In this document: in pieces, positions 50,011 to 62,359 of the stretch
How positions within the stretch are numbered: the stretch's first letter is position 1
Layout of the letters: every line of letters starts with the position of its first letter
Notes under the pieces: generated by a model
Databases searched by the model: none
What the model saw: the letters and a program-made list of their open reading frames with translations, nothing else
What the model was told of the DNA's origin: nothing
Program-made: the position numbers and the translations under genes
Source of the DNA: Camelus ferus
Lineage: Eukaryota
DNA length: 64,000 nt
NCBI RefSeq assembly: GCF_009834535.1
Contig: NC_045697.1
Span: forward strand, 71,240,001-71,304,000
Reading direction: 5' to 3'

Positions 50011-52454
50011 TCACTGCCAGTGTCAGCCTCCTAGCTGGTCCCGCCTCACGCCCCTCCTAGTCGTCCCCGCCCCCTGATCTGTTTTCTCCCTGCTGCCAGT
50101 CCGGAGGGCCTGCTGCCTCCACCGCCCAGTCCCCGCTCAGGTGTCACTGTTGCTGGCAAACCGGGATTAGGGAAGGAGAATCGGCAGGGGGTCGCAGCTA
50201 GGAGAGAGGCTCTACCATGCCACTCGCAGCCCCTTTTGGCCTCCGCCCCTGGACCCCGCACCCACACCCTGCGCCGCTTTGGCAACAGTGCCTGGTCGGC
50301 TGGGTTAAGCCGCAGTGTGAGTAGCCAAGTGCGGAGGGTGTCTCCGGGTGTGTGCGTGGCCCGCGAGAGGGCAAGAGAGGAGGAGGCGGGGAGAGAAGGG
50401 AAGAGGGTGGGGGTGAGAGGCGACCGAGAGAGGGCGGAGGAAGGAAGAGCGCGGGGAGCTCCGGGGCCCGCCGCACAGCTGCTATCGCTGCCGCAGCTGT
50501 CCAGGGAGGATCGCCAAAACGGCGACGAATAAACAACTTACCTTGGGGAGACGGGTCCTGCCTGCCATGAATATGTGGTTGTTTTGTTATTGGGACTTTT
50601 GTGGGGGCCGATGTGGTGGTTATTAATGTTTTCCACCCATGCATCCACACCTTCCGAGGAGGGGCCGCTCCTGAGTACCGCGGGCCAGGGACGTGGCGGA
50701 GCGTGCCGGGCGCTATGGGACGCGGGAGCGGGCTGTCCACTGAGGATGGGAATGGGAATCCAAGCGACCCCGGACAACTTTGAGTCACCCGGGGCAGCCC
50801 TGCCAGTCTCCAGGGAAAAATGGGCAGGGGGCAGGAGAAACACCGGAAAGTATCGCCTTTTCCCTGTTGACATCGCGCATGGAGCCACTAGTGGGGACTA
50901 GTGACACCACAGCTCCCTTCCCCGATCCTTCGGATAACCCGACGCCCACTGGGTGCTCCTGATACCTGCAGGGCCCTGAAGCCCAAGGCGGGTCCCCACT
51001 CGGTCACTGTGGTTGGAAGGAGCGGGAGGGAGAGAATGGGAGGCGTGGAAGACCAAAGAGTGACAGTTCTGAGCGGCCTGCCCCTCCACAGAATGAGGAG
51101 CAGGTCTCCCTCGGCAAGAAGGTCACCTCTCCAAAGCCCCTCTCTCCAACCAACCTCAGCACCAAGGACGCCCAGGGAGATTAGGGACAGGGATTAAAGT
51201 TCAAACTCTAAAAGAAGTTTTAGGAATTGGCTGATGACATAAGGGTATGGCTTCAGCAGTGTGGCCTGCAAGGTATTCCTCACACTAGGAGGCCGGGTGA
51301 GCCTCTGTGGAGGCCTTTTAGCAAAAGGAGGCCATGCAGGATATGTCTCTGGCTCAGGGAGATTGTCACTGGCTCCAAATTCTGCCCAGTTCACAACCGT
51401 AGGATATTTGTGTGATAATTAGGCAGACAGTACATTCAATAAATACGTATCATGCTCTTTTTCTATCCCAAGACACTGTGGTAGGTAATTTGTGTGGGGT
51501 AGGGGATGGGGTATTTGAAAATGGTCCTTCTCGTAATAAAGCCTAGTCCAGTAGAACTGTCATAAAAACATGAGCTCTGAGAGGCCACTGTATTGCCTCA
51601 GAAAAAGGTTGTTGAAAACAACCTCCTGAGCACAGGCAGAGCTAGTTGCTAAGGCAGATTTGGGAAGTTGGCCCCTGGCCAGGTGGCACACAGCAGGGCA
51701 GGGATGCCAAGACCTGTGGGTGAAGAAGAGGACCTGCTTGAGGCAGGATTGGGAAACCATGTTCAGGGATGCTCACTTCCAACGATGCAGTGTTCTCTCC
51801 CACATGTTCCAAACAGATATAGTTCCCACCGTTATTTGGACTCGCTTTTCAGGTATTTTTTTTAAAGGAAAAAAACCCCCAAAAACTTTGAACCAAGATC
51901 AGAAGGCTTAAAATGTCAGCACCATAGAAAAGTTTTATGATACAGATAGGAAATAAAGGCACACCTTTCAGGCACACCTTTCATCCCGCTACAAGTGTGA
52001 GACACCTCCTAGCTGAGGTATGTGTGGGAAAAAAAGTTATGAATCATAATCACTTTGCAACACATCTTATTATCATCAGGTGCCTTTAATGCATGTGTAT
52101 GGTTGCACATTGCTGCCACACAGACACATCTTCTTAAACAAAATTGGACCCTACTCTAAGGAAAACTAGACAGCAACATATTAACTAGAAACTAGTTATG
52201 TCCACATAGCTGGCCTACTGAAATAGCCAAATCATCTTTTTTATCTAGATTTTTTTTTCAGATGTCCTACTATTTGCTACTGACATTCTTTTTAATCCTG
52301 TTAGACTGCCCAAGCAGTCCTTTATTTTATCACCTCTTGTATCAGATCACCTTACACTTGGAATTTATATTTTCAAGAAGTTACTACAATCACTGTTTGT
52401 TGACTTCAACAATGCTCTCTGCTTATGAAGAAAAAGAAAAAGAGAAAAAACCTT

Positions 52455-52900
52455 GGCAAAAAAACTTGCTGTCTACCAAAAAAGAGGTATTTCCCTTCTT
52501 TAGTATTCTGCTCTATGCAAAGCATCTGCCCAGGTAGGGACTCCATATCCCAGCCTGCACCTGCTAGCATCTAAGTGGGTCCATGTGACTAGTTCTGGTC
52601 AATGCACTGTGGGCTGTAGTGTTTCCCACTAAAGCAGTTAAGCAACAGATATGCATCCTCCCAGCCTATGGGCTTCCATCCTACTGCTGAATATAGAGAC
52701 TTCTAGGGTCCAGGAGAAAGTGTAACCCCAAATGGAAAGAGCTGAGTGCTTGAATTACCAGAAAGAAGAATGCTGCCCACCTACTATGAAAATCTGCATT
52801 GAACTTTACATGAAGGAAAAAATAAGCTCTTACTGTGTTGCTCCATTGAAACTGGGCTATGTTTGTTAGTGTAGCTAACATCACCAAATTCACACACAGA
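52455..52900 (+). mobile_element. MaLR LTR (MLT1I/J-like)
   Basis: ccatgtgactagttctggtcaatg...aaatggaaagagctgagtgcttgaattacc...aaataagctcttactgtgttg...tttgttagtgtagc. Confidence 0.7.
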
Positions 52901-54049
52901 AGTTATTATGTTAGTTGAAAAAGTAATATCCAGAATTATTGTGTATCTGTTATATAACACAACTACCAGAGACAAAACATTCTTATTTTTTGATACATGA
53001 GCTTCAAATTTTTATTTTTTGTAAATGAATTATTCATTGGCCAGTTGTGTTTCAAACACCTGTTCTATGCAAGATACGATGCTAGGTGATGCATAAATGT
53101 ATAAAGGATTTTTTTAGTCAAGAATTTGGCAAGACTGTGGGCAATCATTATTAATTTAGATTTAATAAACATATTTTTTATTTGTTTTATTTGTATTTGT
53201 ATCAATCACGTATCCCACTTCTGGGCACAGAGTAAGTGCTCAACAAATTTTGTTGCATGAATTTAAAAAGTGAATTGGCATACAGTATATGATGCACTAG
53301 GCTAAGTACTACAGTCCCTACCCCCCTACTCTTGGGGATATTTAGAGATTGTTTATATGTATATATTGATATTGATATTGATATATGCTTATGTATGTAT
53401 ATCTATCTATATCTATATTTATATATACATACACACATACTGGAGAGAAATCTTATAGCCCTTTCTCCTAGTTTGAATTCTAATTTCATTATTAATTTTA
53501 AAACTGAATAGATTAATGATGTCAAGTCATAAATGTTCACATTTAAAATAGCAGTAATAATACAAATATACATGCTATTATATTGAAAATCCAAGCACTA
53601 TTCATGCTGTAAAACTTTATGTATTCTGGCTTTTCTAAACTCAGAATTTCAGAATACGTGAGCTGAAATGAGCTGAAGTTTCCACGTGAAGTGTTCTGAG
53701 GACAACATCAACAATAACAAATGGCTTAGTAATTAAACTAAAGATACCATGTGGTGGAAGACCTGGCAAATCAATTTAAGAGAAAGTTTGTCAAGACCTC
53801 TGAAAGCATTTTTGCATATGCAAAATCAATATAGTAATTAGGAATGTGTTTCACTCTTTAAAGCCAGCAGAAATTTAACCTTATGCCAAGTTAAGTTTTG
53901 CTCATTATTGAGTGGAAATTCATGAATTTTCAAGTAAATATTCTATAAAAAAAGAATCTTGCACTCAGGCTAGCCATCTTTCCACTTACTTCAAATTAGT
54001 GGGGTCTTATCTTGCTAGTATTCAAAAGTTTTGGAAAGCCTATACATAT

Positions 54050-55400
54050 CAGACACTGGGAATATAACATGAAAAAAATTTAAAGTCTCTCCTTTCATAA
54101 AACTTACATTCTAATGAGAAGAGACAGATGATAACAAGGAACAATTAAAAACGATTATATATACAGGACATGTCAGGTGAACTAAGCAATAAAGATCCAA
54201 ATAATGTACAGTGGTAACAGCACCGAAAGGAGTGATGAGCGAAGTGGTGTTACTCACGGTTGTAGACAGATTGTTTAGGGAAGACCTCACTGAGAAGGTA
54301 ATATTTTAACAGAGATTCAAATGAACTAAGGGCAGTATCTACGCAGCTATCTGGAAAAAGAACATTCCGGGTTAAAGAAACAGCATGTCCAAAGGCCCTG
54401 ATAAGAGTCTGACATGTTTAAAGAATTGTCAAAGGAGGCCAGTGTTACTGGAACACAATGAACTAAAGAGAGTGGTACAAGGTGAGACCAGAGAATTGAT
54501 GTAATTTCACATTGTATAGGGGCTAGTAGACCATAGAAAAGATTCTGATCATTATTCTGGTAAAATGAGAGATATTTTATTATGAAAGGGATATGATATG
54601 ATTTAAGCTTAAAGAAAGCCACCACTCTTGTAAGAACTGACTCTGGATGCAGTGGTGGGAATGCAGCAGGGTAGAAATGGGAAGAGACTATTGTCATAAT
54701 CCAGACTAGAAATTTGGTGGTTTGGATTATAGAGTTTAGAAGGAAGTGGTGATAACTATCCAATTCCAATTATATTTTAAAAGTAGAGCCTATAATGAAA
54801 AAGAATATGAAAAGAAATGTGTGTGTATATATATATGTGTGTGTACACATATATATATACATACACATATATATACATACACATATATAACAGAATCACT
54901 ATGCTGTACACCAGAAACTAACACAACATTGTAAACTGACTATACTTCAATTTTTTCAAAAAGCAGAGCTAGCATATTTACTGATGGATTGCCTAGATAA
55001 TGTGAGACACTAAAAAAGAGGAGTTGCGAACTCCAAGGTTTGGAATCTGAGCAAAGGAAAAATGGAGTCACCATTTACTGAGAAAGGGAACACTGGAAAT
55101 GGAGAGCATATCTTGTGAAGAAGACCTAAAATAGTCTTATATGCGGCTGGTGATGTACAAAACTGCTAGTCATCACATCTTACTAGTACTTAATTTTTTA
55201 TCAGGGTAGAGAGAAGAGGAGGGACCACCTAAGCTGACAAAAGGAGCAGCTTCTGGGAGAGAAATCTGCTGATTCTGAGGTCAAGCAAATGAAGTGAATT
55301 GTGTCAACAGTGCTGAAGGTTTGAGTAAAATAACAGCTGAGGATTGACGATTGGTTTTGACAAAAGGGGAGTTCACTGGTGATCTTAACAAAGCAGTCTT
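54050..55400 (-). mobile_element. Long L2 fragment, interrupted by a young L1
   Basis: acttacattctaatgagaagagacaga...agggaagacctcactgagaaggt...aaggaggccagtgttactgga...atggagtcaccatttactgag. Confidence 0.75.
54790..54958 (+). mobile_element. 5'-truncated young L1 3' end with TSD
   Basis: ctataatgaaaaagaatatg...tgctgtacaccagaaactaacacaacattgtaaactgactatacttcaa. TSD aaaag(t/c)agagc at 54779-54789 and 54959-54969. Confidence 0.88.
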
Positions 55401-55657
55401 TATACCTATCTAAAATAGCACCTCATCTTTCATTCCCTGCCTCTGTGTACTGATATAGCTCCTTTTCCATGTCTATAATTACTTGAAAGCACATGTGTGG
55501 GCGTGCTGTGAGTATGATGTGTTTGTCTGTCTTCCTGCAACTAGATGACATGACTCTTGAGAGCAGGGAATTTGTCTTGCTCCCATTCGAATCTCTAGTG
55601 CCTGTAACATGTCCAGCACATACTAGGTGCTTAATAACTGCTTGTTGAAAGAATGAG
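55400..55657 (+). mobile_element. L2 3' end
   Basis: ctcttgagagcagggaatttgtcttgctc...tagtgcct...cacatactaggtgcttaataactgcttgttgaaagaatga. Confidence 0.7.
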
Positions 55658-55720
55658 CTTACACTGCTGGCCCAAGTTAGTTTCTTCTCATTTTCTCAAC
55701 AGTTGAAATAAGCATTTCAA

Positions 55721-56036
55721 GGGGGTTGGAGTGGAAGCATTATGTGAAGGTGGGCAAAAGGTACAGACATCAAGTTATAAATATAGGGATGTAATGTAAA
55801 ACATGGTGACTATAGTTCATAATACTGTATTGTATATTTGAAAGTTGCTAAGAGAGTAGGCCTTAAAAGTTCTAATGACAAGGGGAAAATTGTAATTATG
55901 TGAGGTGATGGATTTTAACTACTCTTATGGTGGTAATCATTTTGCCATATACACATATATCAAATCATGTTGTACACCTTAAACTTATAGAACGTTATAT
56001 GTCAATTATATCTCAATAAAACTGACAGAAATAGAG
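55721..56036 (+). mobile_element. L1MA9-like 3' end with TSD
   Basis: acatggtgactatagttcataatactgtattgtatatttgaaagttgctaagagagtag...gtcaattatatctcaataaa. TSD core aagcatttcaa at 55710-55720 and 56037-56047. Confidence 0.85.
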
Positions 56037-57339
56037 AAGCATTTCAAAGCATTTGCAGGAAAAAATTAAAATTCATGTTTAGATTTTTTTTTAAATTACA
56101 AAATCCAATTTCAGAGAGTAAAAAGAATTGACTCAGACCTCCAGGATGAGAAATGGAATGGGAATACTGGAGTTCCATTTTAGTGTGAGGTGTGTCTCTC
56201 ACATGTCCCCACTGTAAGAATAATTATGTGTGTTAATCCAGGGGAGGGCATAGTGCTACTCGTGGCTCCTCTTTCTCCAAATACACAGAGGGTTCTATTG
56301 TTTGCAACATCTAAATTGTTCTCTGGTGATAAGCTTGGCCAGACATTAGCAATTTTCAGGGAGGAAGTGGGTAGGATTTGGGTTATGTTTGTTTAGAAGC
56401 AATCCCCCCAAAAGAGTTTCCTTCTCTCTTTCAGGGTGTCCCTGATGTCCAGCCCAAAGAAGTCTAGACAATCAGGGAAATTGTGCTAGATATACGTTGG
56501 GATGCCTGTCCTGCCCACTCCCCTTTTAGATAAAATGCCTCAGCAGCAGCACCTGCTGAATGAGCACCAAGTCACAGGTTCAATTCTTGCCATCACAGAG
56601 GACTGGACCAGGGTGGGTGAATATCTAAGTAGAGAACAACTAAGGACCAGTGACCTTTAACTTACCAGACCTAATTTGCAAAATAAGTTAGGCTAAGCAG
56701 GTATTCTCAGAAGAGCCTGACTTAAAAATTCAGAGGAAAGTCATTGGGGGTTGTTTGAATGAAAGGCCTTGCAGGCCGGGACTGAGATGGCCACTAGCAA
56801 ATGATTCATGTGCAGGTGAGTAAATAGATGGAGCCGTGCAGGTCAGAAGGACCATAGGTCAGATTCAGCAGGGGTGAAGAGAGGAGAGAGACAGAGAGAT
56901 TCCTAAGTCTGTTTTCCACTTTGTCCTTCCTAAGGCCCAGTTGTTTAAATTTTTTCTGGATTTATGAGACCCCTCAGTAGCTTTACAACAAATACTGTTT
57001 TCTAGAGTTCATTTGAGAGTTACGTTCCTTACAATTTGAAAATCTCTCACTAAATCATATGGAAGACAGAACAGCTATGATTGCTACTCTATGCCCTCTG
57101 TGGATTTTCAGAAGCTGACACCATCTGATTGTGGTGTTTCCTTTTCTTCATTCAAAAAACGACTATAATTTGCTGCTATCCTTGACCTTCTCAGTTGTTT
57201 TGACAGCACACTCAATGCCAAAGATAAAAAGCAAAACAACATATGTAAAGAGAGAGGGAAAGAGAGAGAGAAAGACAGTCTCTGACTGGATAGTCTTGTT
57301 AAGTTTTGGAGCTGTTTTATTAATATTCTCTATGCCTGT

Positions 57340-57750
57340 TTCCATGTCACATTCAGGCAAGTTATAAGCTATGCTGCAGTAAAAATGGAAAAAATCTCAG
57401 TAGCTTAACACAGTTTGAAGTCCTCTGCAGGTTTGGGCCACCCTCCAGGGCAGCCATCCTCCATTCTGTGTGTGCTGGCTCAGCATTGCAGCCTGCTTCA
57501 ATCAGACAATCAGAAGGCATCCATATTAGCATTTCACAGTTACCTAGAAGGAGAGGAGAGCAGAGCTCCAGCGATCAAGTGCTTCTGCCCAGAAGTGACA
57601 CCCATCAATGACTACACTCACATTTCATTGGCCTGCACTGCTCATTTGACTACACCTAATTTCAAAGAGGGGTAGAGGAATGTAATCCTCCCGTGTGTCT
57701 AAAATTAGAAGGAGACCTAATATTTATAAAGGGTAATAATGGCAATCAGC
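57340..57750 (-). mobile_element. MaLR LTR (MLT1-type)
   Basis: ctatgctgcagtaa...atctcagtagcttaacaca...gcttctgcccagaagtgacac...ctcacatttcattggcc...cctaatttcaa. Confidence 0.7.
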
Positions 57751-58449
57751 AGTTCTCAGTAATCCATCTGACCCACGTGGGACTTCCACGTTACTGTTTG
57801 ATACCCAGTGACTAGGGCACGCATCTTAGTTCTGTTTTACATGCCAAGATGCTCCTGCATGACTGTGGCTACTGACCTGCTTCTCATGTTGAACTGTTCC
57901 TATCCCTGCTGCGTCGTCCCTACTGGACTGAATCAGTTACACTCCACTTGGCCCAATTTTGATCTCACTACATCTTCCCGAGGGCCTGTGGCCCTACACC
58001 CGACCCCGGTAGCATGATAGCTTCTTATAATCTTGCTAGCTCCCTCTTAGGCCAGGGCTTGGTTTCTCCCTCACTCTCAACACTCTAGAGGCTTTGCAAA
58101 TGGGCACTGTTGGGTGATCATTGACAGTTATTAATCTACAAACTGGACTGGAAAAAAAAAAGCTCTCCTAATGTGTGTCAACTACTATTAGAAGCATTAG
58201 CTTCTTTTCTAATTTTCAAAGTTGTGAGTACATCACCTAGAAATATGAATATATCTATATGTAGATATACAGAATATATAGAATTTATGTTTGTGAGTCA
58301 CTGCCTTTTACAAGAGGTTAATATGACCAGTTTAATAATATGCAAACTTATTATATTGCTTAAATGCCAAGCGGTTTCTGCAAATGCCATGTTTTGGTAC
58401 TACTTTGACACAACAAAACAATTTTTTTTTCTTCTTTATTACTTCTACA

Positions 58450-58846
58450 GTATGATGAGTTGCTTTTTGTGTCAACCTGACTAGGCTGCTATACCCAGTT
58501 ATTTAACCAAACACTAGTCTAGATTGTGCTGTGAAGGTATTTTGTAGATGTGATTAACATCTCCAATCAACTGACTTTAAGTGAGGGCCTCATCCAATCA
58601 GTTGAAGGCCTTGAGAGCAATACCTGAGGTTTCCTGGAGAAGAAAGAATTCTCCTCGAAGACTGCAGCATCAACTCCTGCCTGTTTCAAAACAGCCAGTC
58701 TGCCCTACAGATTTCAGACTCATCAGTTTGCAATTGTGTGAGCCAATTCTTTAAACAAATCTCTTTATACACACACATACACACATAAAGATACATATAT
58801 CTGTATTTCCTGTTGGTTCTGTTACACACCCAGACCGATAACTACA
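58450..58846 (+). mobile_element. ERVL LTR (MLT2D/MLT2B-like)
   Basis: tgtgtcaacctgactaggct...gggcctcatccaatcagttgaaggccttga...gccctacagatttcagact...gtgagccaattcttta. Confidence 0.82.
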
Positions 58847-59134
58847 ATGTATACTTTTTTCCAATTCAAGGTCAGCAATTATTCTAAATATCATGAGAGA
58901 ATGTCTCTTTATGCATCTGTATCTCCCAGTCTCTCTGTCTCTTTCTCATATATGTGCATGCACACACACATAACACATCACATAGGACAATGTTATATAT
59001 TTACAAAAAGGTAAAGTTTATGATTTAATTCTTTAGGGTAAAAAGTCACTTTGTTTTTCTCATTCATGGCCTGGATGAAGAATTTCCATTCTCCCAAATA
59101 AATCAACATCCCAGGTAATTCTAATGGATAGTCA

Positions 59135-59560
59135 GAATGTAAGGTTGGGGTCCCCAGATACATATCCTGAAATGAAGATTCATATAACAGTGATTTATTA
59201 GGAGTGTTCCAAGGAAAAGCCACAGAAAAGTATGGCAACTGACAGGGAAGGGGAGGAAGCCAGGCAAGGGTCTACTGTCAAGCAAAGACCCAGGAATGGG
59301 AACTTTGGTTCAATCCTGCAGGGGACCTCTGCAGACTGGTAAGTCATACTTCCAAGCTGTCCCCATCAGGGACCAGAGAGCTGAGTATTTTACCCAGTTG
59401 TCATTGGTGGAGACATAAATGCCTAGGCTGTTTCGGCTCTCTCCACACTGATGCAAAGGCCAGGGACATCTGAGGATGCAGATAAAAGCACACGGGAACT
59501 GCTGTGCATGAAAATGGAAAAGGTTTGGAGAGGATACGGGTGCACACTGAGAACACCTGC
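59135..59560 (-). mobile_element. ERVL LTR (LTR16-like)
   Basis: gtgatttattaggagtgttcc...acagggaaggggaggaagccaggcaaggg. Confidence 0.55.
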
Positions 59561-60619
59561 CATTCAGGACTGAAAACCACTAGGCTACAGGGATAGTACA
59601 AGAAAACAACCAAATACCTCATTGAAGGTACATAGTTTTTAAAAATTATATCATTTCTCATATTACTTCAAATTAGTCTCCTCTTCCACCTCTGTAATGG
59701 ACTTACCACCTTAGGAGTAAGTATGACCTCACTCCTATCCCTTTTCCAATCCCCCAAATAGTGTCCTTTCTGTTGGATGAAGTTCTTAAGTCTCAGAGTA
59801 TAGCATTTTGTCCCTTTATGGATAGACTAATGTGAAAATATTCCTAAGACAGGAAATACACTGGCTTAACTCAGAACTGAGAACTCTACTGAGTGTTTGT
59901 AGCTAGGTCTTCTGTCCAACCTTGGAAGGCTTTGGCTATATGCTGAATGTTTTATCTGTTCAGCAGCCTCATTTCAAATATCCTCCCTATGATTTTGCAT
60001 GAATCATGGGTGCACAGTTCTATGGAGTAAGACTGGATACATAATGATATATTCCCCTGTAAGATTCCTTTCTTTGGAGAATTTTTTCAGCTACAGACTC
60101 TGCCTGGGAGGAATCCTGGATAGAGTCCAATGGAGGTCCCTTACCCTCAGGCATCTGTCTGAACGTGAGATAACCCAGAGACTAAGGTGGTAAAACACAT
60201 AGCCCTGGGGATATAGGAAGGCTTTGCAGAGGTTACTCAGGTAGGAACATTTCCAGAGGTCCATTTTCTGGATCCTCAAAGTTCATCCTTAGTCTTTCTT
60301 AAAACTGATCTGTCAAGGCATCTCCGGGGACCTGCCACTTCTTTTCCATCTCTCTTCACAGACCCTTTTGCCTTCTCTTCACTCATCTGAAATCAGTATG
60401 GTGTGTTATCCCAAGGCACTTCCAGGATGCCAAACAAAGAAACAGTTTGAGAAGTGATGCTGGGCATCACAAGATGATGAAGCTATAAAGGCAGCAGTCA
60501 GAATATTGGAGAGGAAAGTGCCCTTCTTACCTAAGAGAAAGCTAGGCTCCTGTGCCTTTATCTATCTCCCCAAACCATGTATTACTTACATATCTTAGAA
60601 TTCAGAAGTGAAGTGATAG

Positions 60620-60830
60620 TGGAGATGTATATTTATATGTTTACTGTGACTGAAAAGAAGTCAGCTTTTTTGACAGAGAAGCCTAATTTAGATTACTGGT
60701 TTCACAATTAAGAACTGGCTTTGCCAATTAAGTTCTTCAGCAGATATTTTTCCTCTCAATTAAGTAAGTTTAATTTGATGCTCTAATATTTTGATGAAAA
60801 ATAGTTAACATACAAATGCAATATACAATT
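60620..60830 (+). mobile_element. hAT-Charlie transposase remnant
   Basis: 60713-60786 translates (with a frameshift) to NWLCQLSSSADIF..LSKFNLML*. This resembles the Charlie/Buster motif WLxxLAYLADIFxxLNxLNLxLQ. Confidence 0.5.
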
Positions 60831-61329
60831 TGCTATAACTTATAATCATGTTTAACTATTAAGCCTTCAATATAAAACTTTAGGTAGCAACTAAAAATAT
60901 AATTAGAAAATTTTAGGAGATATTCAAGCAAAACATTGAATACCTCTAGATTAGCAAAATATATTCACCCAGACTAAACTGCTATGACCAAGGCCAGCTG
61001 ACCAAATCCATCTTTTCTTTTCATATTCTTAAACACCTGATGACTTTAAGACCACAACACTTTGATTAGCTAAGGGGCCAAGGATTAAAATATTAACTAA
61101 TTTTTTGTTTCAAAATGTGAAAGAGAAGTGAGAACACAAGTATACTAGGTCTGAAAGGTGGTCATTTTTAATACTCAAGGAAAAAGGCAGAAAAGTAATG
61201 AACTTTACTTGTTTCATAATTCTGCATAATATTCATATTGAACTTTTATAGCACTCTACAGTTAAAATATTTCCTATGCATTTCATTTTATTCTTATACT
61301 ATTTTAGTGGATGTTTTCATTTTAAGTGA

Positions 61330-61710
61330 TCTAAAAGCAAAATCTGAGATGGAGATTCTTTTCCAATGATTTATTGGAAAAGCACCCTCAGGAGAAGGGA
61401 GCTCATGGGAAGCAGGACAGGATAGGAAATAAAAACTAAGTAAGAAGGAAGTTTCATCTGAGCTTCCTGTCATGAGCTTCAGTCTATTCCCACTGAAAAG
61501 CTCTGAGCACCAGCTGCACCACAGAGTTGGAGCCCCTTGACACAAGGGGTTGACCTTTTGTACCTGTCAGGCATTGGTCAAGATCTCTGGACAGGCGGAA
61601 GTTCCTGTTTGACCACTACTCTGGGGGCCATTTTCTAGTCAATACTCACAGCAGATGGGGGATAGGTTCTCGGGATGGTCAAGAGGATCTGGGAGAGCAC
61701 CAACATCTCC
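61330..61710 (-). mobile_element. ERVL LTR (LTR16-like)
   Basis: tctgagatggagattc...tgatttattgg...ctcaggagaaggga...gggaagcaggacagg...gctctgagcac. Confidence 0.55.
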
Positions 61711-62359
61711 AGTTTTCTATTTGAGAAATAAGGAAACCAAGGCTCAGAACAATGTAGTATCTCACCCCAGGGCTCTACAGGTAGTAAATGATGGAGTAGT
61801 GGTATAAGTTCTGGTCTCTTGACCTTAAAGTCAAACAGTGGAGTTCAGACTGTTCCCATGTCACACTGTTTGATGACCAGTGTATACAATCCTATGGAGC
61901 TAAACAGTCGGTTATGAAATCAGACTTGACATTTACTAGCTATGTCCTTGGATATATAGCCTTTAGATATATGATCGTAGGCAGGGTATTTAACATTTCT
62001 GAGTCTTAACCTGAAAAAGGTGAACAATAGCTACCATGGTAGTCTAATGATTGTTTAAAAAATATATAAAGCAACTATCATTGTGCCTTACATGGTGTAT
62101 ATGCTGCAGAATATCCATTTCCCTTCCTTTCCTTTTCTGTCTATGAATAGACACATTAAAGTAATGCAGAAAATATACTGGATAACATACAAATGATATA
62201 TTGGATAACACACAAATATATACACGCCCTAAGAGGGAACCATGTCAAACTGATTAGATTTTCTAGAAAGTCCTTCCAGTCCAAGTTACTACCACAAAAG
62301 CTTTAAACTTGACTACCGCAATTTGATCATTTTCATCCTCTGTTTGAATCTGTATAACT

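Larger units (their letters stand above)
47805..51020. promoter_or_regulatory. Promoter CpG island of PPP3CA
   Basis: Abrupt switch from AT-rich, CpG-poor DNA to very GC- and CpG-dense sequence spanning exon 1. Confidence 0.93.

Noticed and set aside
51957..51983. 13-bp tandem duplication (aggcacacctttc)x2; similar short pairs at 19210-19245, 23765-23784 and 8555-8590
   Set aside because: Ordinary slippage duplications with two copies each and no spacer-array structure.
54347..54769. 140-aa minus-strand ORF
   Set aside because: Lies within a decayed L2 element.
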